Positions 12,340 through 22,100 of a DNA stretch of 64,000 nucleotides are shown here, piece after piece; the first letter of the stretch is position 1, and every line of letters begins with the position of its first letter. A program made the position numbers and the translations under genes. Under the pieces are notes generated by a model, which was given only the letters and a program-made list of their open reading frames with translations, did not search any database and was not told the origin of the DNA. Origin of the DNA: Pseudomonadales bacterium (GTDB lineage: Bacteria > Pseudomonadota > Gammaproteobacteria > Pseudomonadales > Azotimanducaceae). The stretch spans positions 689,907 to 753,906 of the forward strand of contig OZ220466.1 in NCBI GenBank assembly GCA_965116055.1, in the 5' to 3' direction.

Positions 12340-13083
12340 GTGCGAAAACCCGTCGTCGCGGCCAATTGGAAGATGAACGGGTCATTGGAGCTTTGCAAGC
12401 AATTCGCCGCCGATCTGGTGCGTCCTAACTATGCAGATGTGTGGATTTTCCCGACGGCATTGCACTTGAATAGTTTAACTAGCATGTTGCATGGTAGCCG
12501 TATTTCGACGGGCGCGCAAAATGTGTCGTCCGAAACGGACGGTCCATTTACCGGTGAAATCTCTGCATCCATGGTCGCAAATATGCATGCAGAGCTAGCG
12601 TTAACGGGTCATTCGGAACGTCGAGCCCAATTCGGTGACTCCGACAGCCTAGTGGCTCAAAAATTTAAACGAATTAGCGAGGCTGGGTTGATGCCAGTGC
12701 TTTGCGTCGGCGAAACGCTGGAAGAGCGAAAGGCGGGGTTAGCTTCCACTGCCGTACAAAGGCAGTTGCGCGAGGTCGAAGCGAGTTGGGATCGCCCCGA
12801 CTTTTCGCATCGTGCCATCGCGTACGAACCTGTTTGGGCTATCGGTACTGGGAAAGCTGCTACCGCTGATGTCGTGCAAGAAATGCATCGGGAAATTCGC
12901 ACATATGTCGAGAATGTGAATACTGGAAAAGGCGATAATCTGCGTATCCTTTATGGCGGTAGTGTGAACGCAAAGAATGCCCGTGAATTGATTGTGCAAG
13001 AGGATATTGATGGTTTTCTTGTTGGCGGTGCATCATTGGATGTCATTGAATTCAATCGAATTTGTGAAGCGGTAAAGGAATAG
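12340..13083 (+). CDS. tpiA: Triose-phosphate isomerase
   Basis: GTG start. ANWKMNG, the GHSERR motif and the catalytic AYEPVWAIGTG motif. Confidence 0.94.
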   Translation: MRKPVVAANWKMNGSLELCKQFAADLVRPNYADVWIFPTALHLNSLTSMLHGSRISTGAQNVSSETDGPFTGEISASMVANMHAELALTGHSERRAQFGDSDSLVAQKFKRISEAGLMPVLCVGETLEERKAGLASTAVQRQLREVEASWDRPDFSHRAIAYEPVWAIGTGKAATADVVQEMHREIRTYVENVNTGKGDNLRILYGGSVNAKNARELIVQEDIDGFLVGGASLDVIEFNRICEAVKE

Positions 13084-13084
13084 C

Positions 13085-13543
13085 ATGGGTACCGTCGAAA
13101 CTGTCTTACTCATCTTACTTGTTGTGGACGCGCTTGCACTCATAGGATTGGTATTGATTCAACAGAGTAAAGGTGCTGACGTAGGCGCAGCATTTGGCAG
13201 CGGGAGCGCTGGAACCATGTTTGGCCCGTCTGGCGGGGCCTCTTTTTTAGTGAAGGTTACGACTGTTCTTGCGATTTTGTTTTTTGTCATCACGTTTGCC
13301 TTGGCTTACACTGCGAAGCAACGGGCTGACCGCTTGAGCGGATTTCAGTTAAGAGAGCCGCCGGCTGAAGTCGAATCGACTCAGGATATCCCAGACGTTG
13401 GCGCGGAATCGGTCGTTGACGATACCACGGTATTGGAAGGCGATGAGATTCCTATACTTGCCGAACCTAGCGACAGTGTTGAGGCTGCTGCGGAGGAAGA
13501 CCCTGAACCTGGTACCACACAGGAAGACGAAGTGCAACAATAG
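13085..13543 (+). CDS. secG: Preprotein translocase subunit SecG with an acidic C-terminal extension
   Basis: The first ~75 aa align to E. coli SecG (LIQQSKGADVGAAFGSGSAGTMFG, second TM helix). Synteny tpiA-secG-tRNALeu. The last ~70 aa are a D/E-rich tail. Confidence 0.85.
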   Translation: MGTVETVLLILLVVDALALIGLVLIQQSKGADVGAAFGSGSAGTMFGPSGGASFLVKVTTVLAILFFVITFALAYTAKQRADRLSGFQLREPPAEVESTQDIPDVGAESVVDDTTVLEGDEIPILAEPSDSVEAAAEEDPEPGTTQEDEVQQ

Positions 13544-13553
13544 CATGTTTACC

Positions 13554-13639
13554 GCCGAAGTGGTGGAACTGGTAGACACGCTGTCTTGAGGGGGCAGTGG
13601 GCTATGCCCGTGGAGGTTCAAATCCTCTCTTCGGCACCA
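13554..13639 (+). tRNA. leuU: tRNA-Leu (anticodon GAG), leuU-like
   Basis: The 86-nt sequence GCCGAAGTGGTGGAACTGGTAGACACGCTGTCTTGAGGGGGCAG...GGTTCAAATCCTCTCTTCGGCACCA is near-identical in architecture to E. coli leuU. It has a long variable arm, anticodon loop TTGAGGG and an encoded CCA. Confidence 0.92.
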
Positions 13640-13791
13640 AATACGCTTGCACGCGAAATGCCGCATCCCGCCAGAAATACGATATATAGCAATATAGGAT
13701 TTTTCCGTGTTCACCCCTGCGCGGAAATCCGCTTCATTTCGCTCCCATACGTTATCCAAATAGGGCCACAAAAAACGTGGTATAAGGAAAA

Positions 13792-14172
13792 TTGACCGTC
13801 AAGCTGATTCGCGCGACCAACAAACCGGGGTTTTACGGTGATGGCAACGCGCTTTTCTTGCGGGTCTTGCCGGGTGGCTCCAAACAATGGGTCCAGCGAC
13901 TCACCGTCCGGGGCAGGCGGCGAAACATTGGCCTCGGCGGCGTTCGTTGGGTGACGCTCGCCGAAGAGCGCGAGTCCGCCCATGAGAACCTACGCGTCAC
14001 CCGTCGCGGCGACCTGCCGGAAGCCAGACGCAAGCCGAAGATGTCGTTGTTCCGCGACGCGGCCCAGGGCAATTACGATTCCCTCTGTCCGAGATGGCGC
14101 ACCGAAAAGGTCGCCGCGAGCGGGATGCAGCAGCTCGAACGCTTGGGCGATCTGCCTGTGGGCCGCGGATGA
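13792..14172 (+). pseudogene. P4-type tyrosine integrase, N-terminal (arm-binding/DUF4102-like) fragment only
   Basis: KPGFYGDGNALFLRVLPGGSKQWVQRLTVRGRRRNIGLGGVRWVTLAEERE...RRGDLP matches the N-terminal consensus of P4-like integrases (KPG.Y.DG.GLyL.V...GsK.W..Ry...Gk...lgLG.yp.vsLaeAR). The ORF stops after 126 codons, so the core-binding and catalytic R-H-R-Y domains are missing. Confidence 0.72.
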
Positions 14173-16214
14173 TCGTACCGATTTTTCCACCCTTGGATGG
14201 GGAAACCGCTGAGCGATTCCATGCGTTGGCTACGAAACTCGCCTGCGCCCAGCGTACGCGCAACGCGAAGGAAATGAGTAGCGCATTGGAAGAAGAGACA
14301 GCTTGGTGCCGGTCGGCGAGGTGTAGCGAAAAGTATGTATTGGCCTATGAAGCGTGTGTCCGGGTTCTTACCGATCTCGCGCGGCTCGGTTGGCGCATCG
14401 TCGAACAAGGCTACGGGTTTGCCTTGGAGAAAGGCAAGGAACGGACGGGCCAGACGGCAGAAGAGATCGTGGCCAGCAAGGAGGCGCTGCGCCGTGAGTT
14501 GCAGCCCGTTGTCGATGAACAAAGGCGGCAACTCGCCGTAGTCGACTTCATCGCTCGGATGGAGGGAGAAGACAGCTACGGACGACGTAGCGTGCGGCTG
14601 CTCATGGCGGATGGAGCTGAGCTGGCGGCGAGGCTGGCGCCGGCGTGCACGCTGGAGGGTGAAGATCGGGTGGCATCGCTGAGCGATGCCATCAAGCCCT
14701 ATCTTCAGAAGGCGGACAAGAGTGTGGATCCGACGACAGGTCGTCGGCTTCGCGAGATCTGGCGTTATTTCCGGTATAGCTGGTCAATCCCCCAAGTGCC
14801 CACGCCGGGTCGGCAGTTGCTTTATCTCGTGAGGGATGCCGCGCACCCGGCACACCCGGTCATCGGCATCGCCGCACTCAACAATTGCCCACTCGAAATG
14901 GGCGAGCCGCGCGAGCGGTACATCGGCTGGCACTTCTCGGTGATCGTCGAACGCTTCACCGATGCCTTAGGGAGGGGCAAGGCGGCGCTAGAGGAGGAAG
15001 TCCGATGGCTCGAACGTCAGATCGAGACCTCACTCGCGGAAATCGACTGGACCAACCTCGTCACGGCGGCGGAAGTCGCCACTCCTGACGATGCAGTGAT
15101 CCGCCGGCTTGCGCGACGCGGGCAGGAATTCTCGAAGTTGCGGGAGACTTTGCTGAGGGCGGCTGCTGGGTCCTTTCAGGATCGGCTTGAGGCCGATCTC
15201 GCGGACGATGAAACGGCGCCCCCGGTGGATGACGACATCCTACAGCTGGAGGCGAAGGCATCGGTTGATTCACGCATGTACATGGCCCGCAAGCAACTCG
15301 TGGCGCGGAAGCGAGCCTCCGCATTGTTGCGTCTGCTGTCGGCCCGGCTCGTCATCGCCGAGCACCGGGACGAACTCACCGATCCCGAACGCGCGTCTGC
15401 AGCACTTGGCAAGGACAAGGTAAGAGGCGCGGTGAATATCGTGCTAGAGGCGCTGAAAGGGCGACGGGCAGGAGCCAATCTCCTTGAAATCACGACTTGC
15501 GGCGCGATCGCGCCCTACAATCGAATTCTCGGCGGCAAGCTCGTCGCCCTGCTGATGCTGAGCCCGCAGATCGGTGTTGACTATCGACGCCGTTATTCGG
15601 GCCCGTCAATCATCTCGTCACAAATGAAGAACCAGCCGGTGATCCGCGATAATGCGCTCGTCTATCTCGGCACGACCAGCCTCTACGTCTACGGATCTAG
15701 CCAATACAACCGGCTGCGTCTGCCGGCCGGGACGATCGCGCCGGACCAAGAGTGCATCCGTTACGATGAGATCGGTCAGACCTCCGGTTTCGGGACGATA
15801 CAGTTTTCGCCCGAAACGAGCCGTGCGATTAATGTCTTTCTAGCCCGTGAACACGGTTTCAAAGAGGTCAACAGCGTTTTCGGGGAAGGAACGAGTCCGA
15901 AGCTCCGCAAGGTGCAGATGGGGCTGCGCAGGCTGGGATTCGATCCAGGCAAGTTGATCCAGCATCGCCAACACCGCCTGATTTATGGCGCATCGCTGTT
16001 TCCGGCGGCGCGGGAGTGGTTGCAAGAACGCGTTGACGATCTGCCAGGCTATGTCGCAGCGCCGGATGGTTGCGGGGACGCCACCGAACGCATTGCCGCT
16101 TTTTGGAGGCGGCGCTGGCTCTCAAGCCGTCTTTGTCACCGGCCCAGCATGGTTGCTTTAGCGCGCGACGGTTTCGTACCCTTAGGAGAGACGGTGGGAA
16201 ATTCGGGCGGATGA
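14169..16214 (+). CDS. Island gene A: ~681-aa DUF4338/DruA-like protein with a long charged insert (function unknown)
   Basis: Two motif blocks are visible. The first is WRYFRYSWSIP..GRQLLYLVRDAAHPAHPVIGIAALNNCPLEMGEPRERYIGW. The second, ~230 aa later, is NLLEITTCGAIAPYNRILGGKLVALLMLSP...LVYLGTTSLYVYGSSQYNRL. From memory this pattern resembles the DUF4338 family (DruA of type I Druantia). The ORF is open from 14094. I prefer ATG 14169 because it forms an ATGA overlap with the integrase-stub stop. The stop overlaps the gene B start (ATGA). Confidence 0.55.
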   Translation: MIVPIFPPLDGETAERFHALATKLACAQRTRNAKEMSSALEEETAWCRSARCSEKYVLAYEACVRVLTDLARLGWRIVEQGYGFALEKGKERTGQTAEEIVASKEALRRELQPVVDEQRRQLAVVDFIARMEGEDSYGRRSVRLLMADGAELAARLAPACTLEGEDRVASLSDAIKPYLQKADKSVDPTTGRRLREIWRYFRYSWSIPQVPTPGRQLLYLVRDAAHPAHPVIGIAALNNCPLEMGEPRERYIGWHFSVIVERFTDALGRGKAALEEEVRWLERQIETSLAEIDWTNLVTAAEVATPDDAVIRRLARRGQEFSKLRETLLRAAAGSFQDRLEADLADDETAPPVDDDILQLEAKASVDSRMYMARKQLVARKRASALLRLLSARLVIAEHRDELTDPERASAALGKDKVRGAVNIVLEALKGRRAGANLLEITTCGAIAPYNRILGGKLVALLMLSPQIGVDYRRRYSGPSIISSQMKNQPVIRDNALVYLGTTSLYVYGSSQYNRLRLPAGTIAPDQECIRYDEIGQTSGFGTIQFSPETSRAINVFLAREHGFKEVNSVFGEGTSPKLRKVQMGLRRLGFDPGKLIQHRQHRLIYGASLFPAAREWLQERVDDLPGYVAAPDGCGDATERIAAFWRRRWLSSRLCHRPSMVALARDGFVPLGETVGNSGG

Positions 16215-17821
16215 GTGAGGGAGGACGCCGCGCGGAACCTACGATGGCCACAAACGACGGCGCCAGACTGTGGCGCATGCTTGCCGTGGCGGGCAGGGAA
16301 GCGATCGCCGAAGCGTTGACGGAGGAGGATTTCGAGCGGCTGCATGTTGTCGGTAGTATTGAGCGGTTCCTTGTCGACCAGGTGCAGATGGGCAGGAGTA
16401 TTGTAGTCACCGGAAATGCCGGGGACGGCAAGACGCACTTGCTGCGGCGCGTGAAGCCTAATCTCGAGAGCGCCGGCGCCGTTGTGGTCGAAGACGCGAC
16501 TGCCGAGATGATGGGTGATGATCCGCGTCCGGTTCTTGAGAAGTGGCGCAAGGCTGTGGAAGCCGGGCAGCCGTTTTGCCTGGCGGCGAATGAGTACCCG
16601 CTCTACCAGTTGAGATTGGCGGACGAATCTGCCCCGCATCTGGCGGAAGTTGACCGGCAATGCCGGCACCGCCTGGATTATGGAGAGGGCGAGCGGTCCG
16701 AGTGCAAGGGCGACACCGTGGTGATTGATCTCAGCCTCCGTAACCCGCTGAGTGCCGAGTTCTTCGGGGCTATGCTGGACAGGCTGCTGAACGACGAAGG
16801 GCTGAAGGCAGCACTGGCGAGCCCGAAAGAGTTGGCCGCCCGCCAAAATGTCGAGCTTCTTTCTCATCCACGGGTGCGGGCGCGGTTGCAGGTGCTGGCC
16901 GACCGGCTGGTGGCGTTGGGCCATCGTGCCACGGTGCGCGAGCTGTGGATCCTGTTGGCGCGAATGGTGTTCGGTCGGGGCGAGCGCGACACGTATCAAT
17001 GCGCAGACTGGTATTCGGAGGCGTTGTTCGCTCGGGACGACCGTTTCGAGCTGATGGATGCCCTGCGGGCGATGGATCCCGCCGATTGCAGCCACCCAAC
17101 ATGGGATGCTGCGCTGGATGCCCGCGAGTCCGCAGTGCGCGACGGGTGGGCGCTGCGCGCGCCAGTGCTGCCGCCGCATCCGACGCTTAAGTGGGAAGAT
17201 TTCGCTGCGCTCAAGCGCCGGTTCTATTTCGAGCACGACAAAGGCGAGGAGGCGTTCGAGTTGGACGACGCGGATGAGATTGAGTTCAGGCGGCACTTGG
17301 ACGGAAACGGTGCCTCAGGCCCGACGCTGGTTGCAAGATTGGTCGAATCCATCAACGCAGCCTACTGCCCTGTCCGCTTTGAGTTGCGCGATCAGCATTT
17401 GTATCTGTGGAACGGTCACCGCTTTCACGAGCAGCCGTCCCGGTCCTTCGTCGCCACCGAACGCGTGGCCACGGAGCAATTCGTCACGAAAGTGCCGCGC
17501 CTGCCGGAGCGGCTAGACGGGTGTTTCAAGTATCGGCCGGACCATATCTTGCTGACCGCACAAAAGCATCCGGGAACGCCGCGGCTGCGAATTGACTTCC
17601 CGCTCTGGCAGACGCTTCGCCGACTGGAGCGCGGCCTGCCGCGAAAGCTGATTCCGGAGCGCGACATTCATCGCCTGGACGCCTTCCTCCAGGAGCTCGG
17701 TGCGGGGCCGGTAGGGACTCGCGACAGCATCTGGTCTGTTCACATAGAAAACTTGGAACTGATCCAAGTGAATCTCAGCGCGGATAGGAGTCGCTTCGAG
17801 CGGGTGCGCCGCTATGGCTAA
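16211..17821 (+). CDS. Island gene B: 536-aa P-loop NTPase (family unassigned)
   Basis: Walker A IVVTGNAGDGKTHLLRRV, followed by an acidic hydrophobic strand AVVVEDATAE. The remaining ~430 aa have no motif I recognise. The ORF is open from 16070, but ATG 16211 gives an ATGA overlap with the gene A stop. Confidence 0.7.
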   Translation: MSEGGRRAEPTMATNDGARLWRMLAVAGREAIAEALTEEDFERLHVVGSIERFLVDQVQMGRSIVVTGNAGDGKTHLLRRVKPNLESAGAVVVEDATAEMMGDDPRPVLEKWRKAVEAGQPFCLAANEYPLYQLRLADESAPHLAEVDRQCRHRLDYGEGERSECKGDTVVIDLSLRNPLSAEFFGAMLDRLLNDEGLKAALASPKELAARQNVELLSHPRVRARLQVLADRLVALGHRATVRELWILLARMVFGRGERDTYQCADWYSEALFARDDRFELMDALRAMDPADCSHPTWDAALDARESAVRDGWALRAPVLPPHPTLKWEDFAALKRRFYFEHDKGEEAFELDDADEIEFRRHLDGNGASGPTLVARLVESINAAYCPVRFELRDQHLYLWNGHRFHEQPSRSFVATERVATEQFVTKVPRLPERLDGCFKYRPDHILLTAQKHPGTPRLRIDFPLWQTLRRLERGLPRKLIPERDIHRLDAFLQELGAGPVGTRDSIWSVHIENLELIQVNLSADRSRFERVRRYG

Positions 17822-19160
17822 CGCAACGCGAACGAAAGCGGACACGGCCGCCGTGCGCCGTGTACATGGTGCTATCCTCGGGTACCACCCTTACCGTATG
17901 AAGCCGGTTCACTTTGCCACGAGTTTCCTTCTGGCGTTGACTGGCCGATACCGCCGGCTCGAATACCTGAACAAAGCGTCGGTGCCGAAGACAGTACCTA
18001 GGGGCAGGCCGAACATCCAGAACGAGTACCTGGACGTTCGGCTTCATTCCCGGCTGGTCGATCTTGAGAAACTGGACCCGTCGGTTGACCTGGAGTCGTT
18101 CCGCATGCTTCGTGCGCACCTGAACGCAGCATACAACAACGACGGTTCAGCTCTCGCAGCCAGCTTTTCGCCCTATTCGACGTTCGGGGTGGACTACAGT
18201 GCCCCCTCGGCCCGATACATCTCGAACCGATCGAAGAACCATGGTTATTCGGGGAGCTTCGTCGTTTCGGTCTTGGAAGCCACCGCCGAGGGACGGGAAG
18301 CACTCGGAAGCATCAGGCGGCTGCTAGAGCTTCCGCCGCCGCCGCTGGATGCGTTCGGCGAGCCTCTGCTTGACGACGTGGACGAGGAATGGTGCGATCA
18401 GCACGACGAGTTCTACGGCACGATCGAGCCTGGAAGGCTGGCGCGGGTCGGGTCGGAAATGAAGGACTGCACGGTTGCGATAGGCTGCCTCGCCGCGAAT
18501 CTCGAGCGACTGCGATCCAGCTATTCGCTGCGCTACATGGTGCTAGGTCTCTGTTGTTGGCTGTTTGCCTACATGATGCGCCGGGGAAGCGATTCGCCGC
18601 CGCTGCTAATTGACGCGGTGCAGGGACGTAATCCCAGGATCCGCGCACAGAGCAGGGCCACCTATGCGCGGGCGCTGGACCTCTTTTCCTCCAGCTACGA
18701 CCGGGCTTTCTCGCTGGCCGGTAGCTCGGGGATCAAGGAAGACGACTGGGATGTGTTCGCCCGCTCGGAGAAAACCCGCCAAGAACTGGATGATCACTTT
18801 CGGGACTTGGGTGTGCGGATCGGCATCGTGCAGCCCCGCTCAACGGTCGCCAAGCACAAACATGTTGAACTGCAAGCGGACACGCTTCGGGTGCTCTCGT
18901 ACAGCCTGCTTAAAGAGGGCCAAGTGCTGACTCTGCCGACATTCGCAGACCAACTCAGAAGAGTCTGGTCAATTCTGGTCGGTGCCCACGCTTCGGACGG
19001 CGACGTTCTGCGCGCAAACCGCTTCGGTCCCCTTGATCACGATGAGGATCTGCGATCGAACGCGGCTGCGTTCCGATCGCTGTTGGTGAGGCTAGGCTTG
19101 GCGGTAGAGCCGTCCGACGGGCTGACACTGGTCGCGATCAACGCGGAAGAGGCGATCTGA
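17814..19160 (+). CDS. Island gene C: 448-aa hypothetical protein, no recognisable motif
   Basis: Long high-GC ORF with GC3-rich codons. It overlaps gene B by 8 nt (ATGGCTAA) and ends 1 nt before gene D. No P-loop, nuclease or TM motifs were seen. Confidence 0.65.
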   Translation: MANATRTKADTAAVRRVHGAILGYHPYRMKPVHFATSFLLALTGRYRRLEYLNKASVPKTVPRGRPNIQNEYLDVRLHSRLVDLEKLDPSVDLESFRMLRAHLNAAYNNDGSALAASFSPYSTFGVDYSAPSARYISNRSKNHGYSGSFVVSVLEATAEGREALGSIRRLLELPPPPLDAFGEPLLDDVDEEWCDQHDEFYGTIEPGRLARVGSEMKDCTVAIGCLAANLERLRSSYSLRYMVLGLCCWLFAYMMRRGSDSPPLLIDAVQGRNPRIRAQSRATYARALDLFSSSYDRAFSLAGSSGIKEDDWDVFARSEKTRQELDDHFRDLGVRIGIVQPRSTVAKHKHVELQADTLRVLSYSLLKEGQVLTLPTFADQLRRVWSILVGAHASDGDVLRANRFGPLDHDEDLRSNAAAFRSLLVRLGLAVEPSDGLTLVAINAEEAI

Positions 19161-19161
19161 G

Positions 19162-22100
19162 ATGGCGCGCACGGCAGCATCGCTGGTGAGCGAGGCACTG
19201 GCGTCTTGGATTCTCTCGCGGCTGGGCCATGAGAACGATTTCGCGCGCGAGGGACTTCCAGAGTTCGACATTCCGTGCCTGATGCAGGCACTTTCGGAGG
19301 GAGGCCTGCCTGCCGGAAGATTCTCGCTGGCGCTGGTCGGATTCGAGACGACAGAAGAGGAGGTGCGGGCGCTCGCGGACGCGAATGGTCTCAGCGCGCT
19401 TGCCGGGGTGACACTTGATCTCCATGTCGCCACCGAGTGGCGCAATGATCGCAACCGGCATCCGAGGATCGTCGCACTGGCGCTCGGCTACAATCCGGGC
19501 GTGCACGGCTTGCGCTTCTTCTCCCGCGCCTCTTCGGGAGAACTCGCAGCCATTCTGCTGGGCTGGGCGGAGAACGCATCCGAGTTCACGACCACCCCAC
19601 AGCACCAAGAGTTGCTGAAGACGCTGCGTCTGGCGCGGGGGCTGGGGTCGGTTCGTTCCCTGGAAGGCGTTGCGGCCTTTCTCGCCGAATGGAGCAAGGG
19701 AGGTGACGGGGCGATTGGCAGGCCGCGCGATGTTCTTCCCGCTCTCGGACTGCTCCGCGATCCGCGATTGTTTGAGGCAGACGACCTGGCCAAGCGTCTC
19801 GAACACAATCTGCGTGTAGGGGAGAGCGTCACCATCATGTCACCAGGAGACATCCGGCAGCGGCGCAAGCGCGCGACGCACTACCGCGATGCGGAGACGG
19901 CTGAGCTGGTGACCCAAGCGCTGGACCGACTGGAAGCCCATCGGCGCGGCGATCCCGACGCAGGGCTGACGTTGGAGGATGCGGATCGCCTCATGAGCCT
20001 TCCCGTTGACCCACCACCGGCCTCCTGCTCGGAGACGGACGAGCCAGACATTTCCGACGAACACGACGACGCCGAGGAAAAGGACGAGCCCAGACTGCAC
20101 GAGATGGCGGTGGATGCACTACTGGAAGGTCGCGATGAAGATCTCGCGGCCATCGGTGAGCTCCTTGAAGCCGCGTGGGAAGAGTTTCGGCGGAACGGGG
20201 ATCTACTGGTGTCCAGTCAGGAAACCAGCCAGGGAGTGGCTCGGCTCGAAGAGCACGTCGACCCCAAAGTCATTGACTGGGTTGCCGCCTTCTGCTGCGA
20301 GGATCGCTATGGCGGGCTCATTGAGACCGACATTGATGACCTGTCGCAGGCGCTTGCCCGCTATACCGAGTTCGACCCCCTATTCCTGGACCCAGGCGCG
20401 ATCTGGAAGCATGACGGGGTCTCCTACTCCATTGAGGAGCTGCTCAAAGGGTGGGATAAAGTGGATGCTGTCGCCGAAGCCCGCCCACGCCTGATCGCAG
20501 CGATGTGGCGCGATTTCGTCGCCGCGCGCACCTCGCTTGCGAAGGGAGGGATGACGAGTCCGCTTCTCATCCATCCTCGCGAGTGGCTTGATACCCATCC
20601 CGAAACACGAGATTTCTGCGCGCGCTACCTTGCGGTGGCGACCGAACTCTACAAGGCGATCCAGCAGAATTATCGGGCAGTCTGGGACCAGTCGCCCGAG
20701 TGGGCGCAGGCGACGCTGGACGCGATTCTGTCGCTTGACCTAGTACAAGTTCGGATTGCGGGTCTTGACGGCGGATTCAGCGCCAAGGCGGTGATGTTGC
20801 CGCTGCATCCGCTGCATCTGTGGCGATACCAGCGTTTCGGAGAAATTCTCCGCGATCTCTCGCGTACGGGACCGATGTCCGAAGGCGACAAAAAGGTCGT
20901 CATTGAGGAGTTGCGCCGTCCGGAACACTTTGTCAGCGTCATAAGAACCGGGGCCACGCCGGAAGGACGGGGGCTCAACCAGTTGCTTCCCGTCGCTAAC
21001 CAGATTCGCGGCCTCGCGACGTTCGAGAACCTGCACAATGCGATCAGCAGCGCCGATGGTATGGAGACGCTGGTTCTCGCGCTTAATCGCTTCGTGATGC
21101 TTTACCCCAACCATCCGCGGCCGCTCCGGTTGACGCTGGTCAATCCACCCGAACCAGCTCGGCTACTGGAACGACTGACGAAATTCCTGAATGAGCGGCA
21201 GAACATCGGCGGACGTCTTCCCGCCCTCAAAGTGACAGTCGTCGCCACGGCCGGGCACCGGGATCGGCTGACGGCGATGTCGGTACTCGAAAGCAAGGCG
21301 CAGGACCTGGTTTACGAGCAAGTCTCCGCCGGCCGACTTGATCTGCGCGTGGAACGCGATTCCTTTGAGAATCTCGACCGGCTGGTAACGGAGGTGCTGT
21401 CGAAGCGTCCGCAGCACTTGGTGGCGATCTTCGACGAGTCCGCGGTCTCGGTCAAGCGCAGGCGGGTCGAGCGCCTACTGCCCATGAGTCCGTTCTGCGT
21501 GCGCAACGAGATCGTGATTGATCGGATGCTGGGCGATATCAGCCTGAGTCCACATCCGGGTGAACCGCCGTTCTCGGATTTCGTGATGATGATCCACGAG
21601 TTCGAGCAGGAGCAGCGGGACAGCACGATGGTCGCCTCGGCGGATGCTGACCGGCTACGCTCGACGATTGATGACCTGCTGATCGGAGAGCGAGCGCCGG
21701 CGCGCTGGGTCCTGCTCGCGGATCGCGCTCTGCCGCCGGAAAGCGGCATGACGTCCATCCGCCTCTTGCAGCGTAGGGAGGGACATCGCCAGGTGCTGCT
21801 GAGCGCAGCTGACTATGGACGGTTGTCGACATTAATGCGTGCCGCGTTCAGTAACTGTAATCTAACGATCACGAATGAGGGGTTGGGTCACGTTCTGCGG
21901 CAGGGCGTGAACTTGGTCGGTGCCGGTTTGCTTGACATGATCAAGAAGCAGTCCGGATTGCCAGACAAATCGTTGGTGCTCGGGTTCGTGGGCATGCTGC
22001 TCGCCGCTCGACATGTGCGAAGCGAGGATCCGCATGCACTGGTCGCCTCGGTTGACGGGTCGGTCGCACGCCTCTGGCTTAAGCTGAGCCCTGTGGGTGA

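Noticed and set aside
13612-13639. Shared AGGTTCAAATCCT between tRNA-Leu (13.6 kb) and tRNA-fMet (25.15 kb), considered as possible attL/attR direct repeats
   Set aside because: The shared string is just the conserved T-arm. The acceptor-stem 3' halves differ. No copy of the tRNA-Leu 3' end was found by eye between 24.9 and 25.1 kb, so no att repeat can be claimed.
16136-17296. 386-aa minus-strand ORF, plus many 60-220-aa ORFs on both strands between 13.8 and 24 kb (for example 19138..19806, 15868..16551, 21312..21758)
   Set aside because: These are shadow ORFs typical of ~62% GC DNA, where stop codons are rare in off-frames. They are R/P/A/S-rich, lie fully inside the four long coupled + strand genes, and have no motifs.
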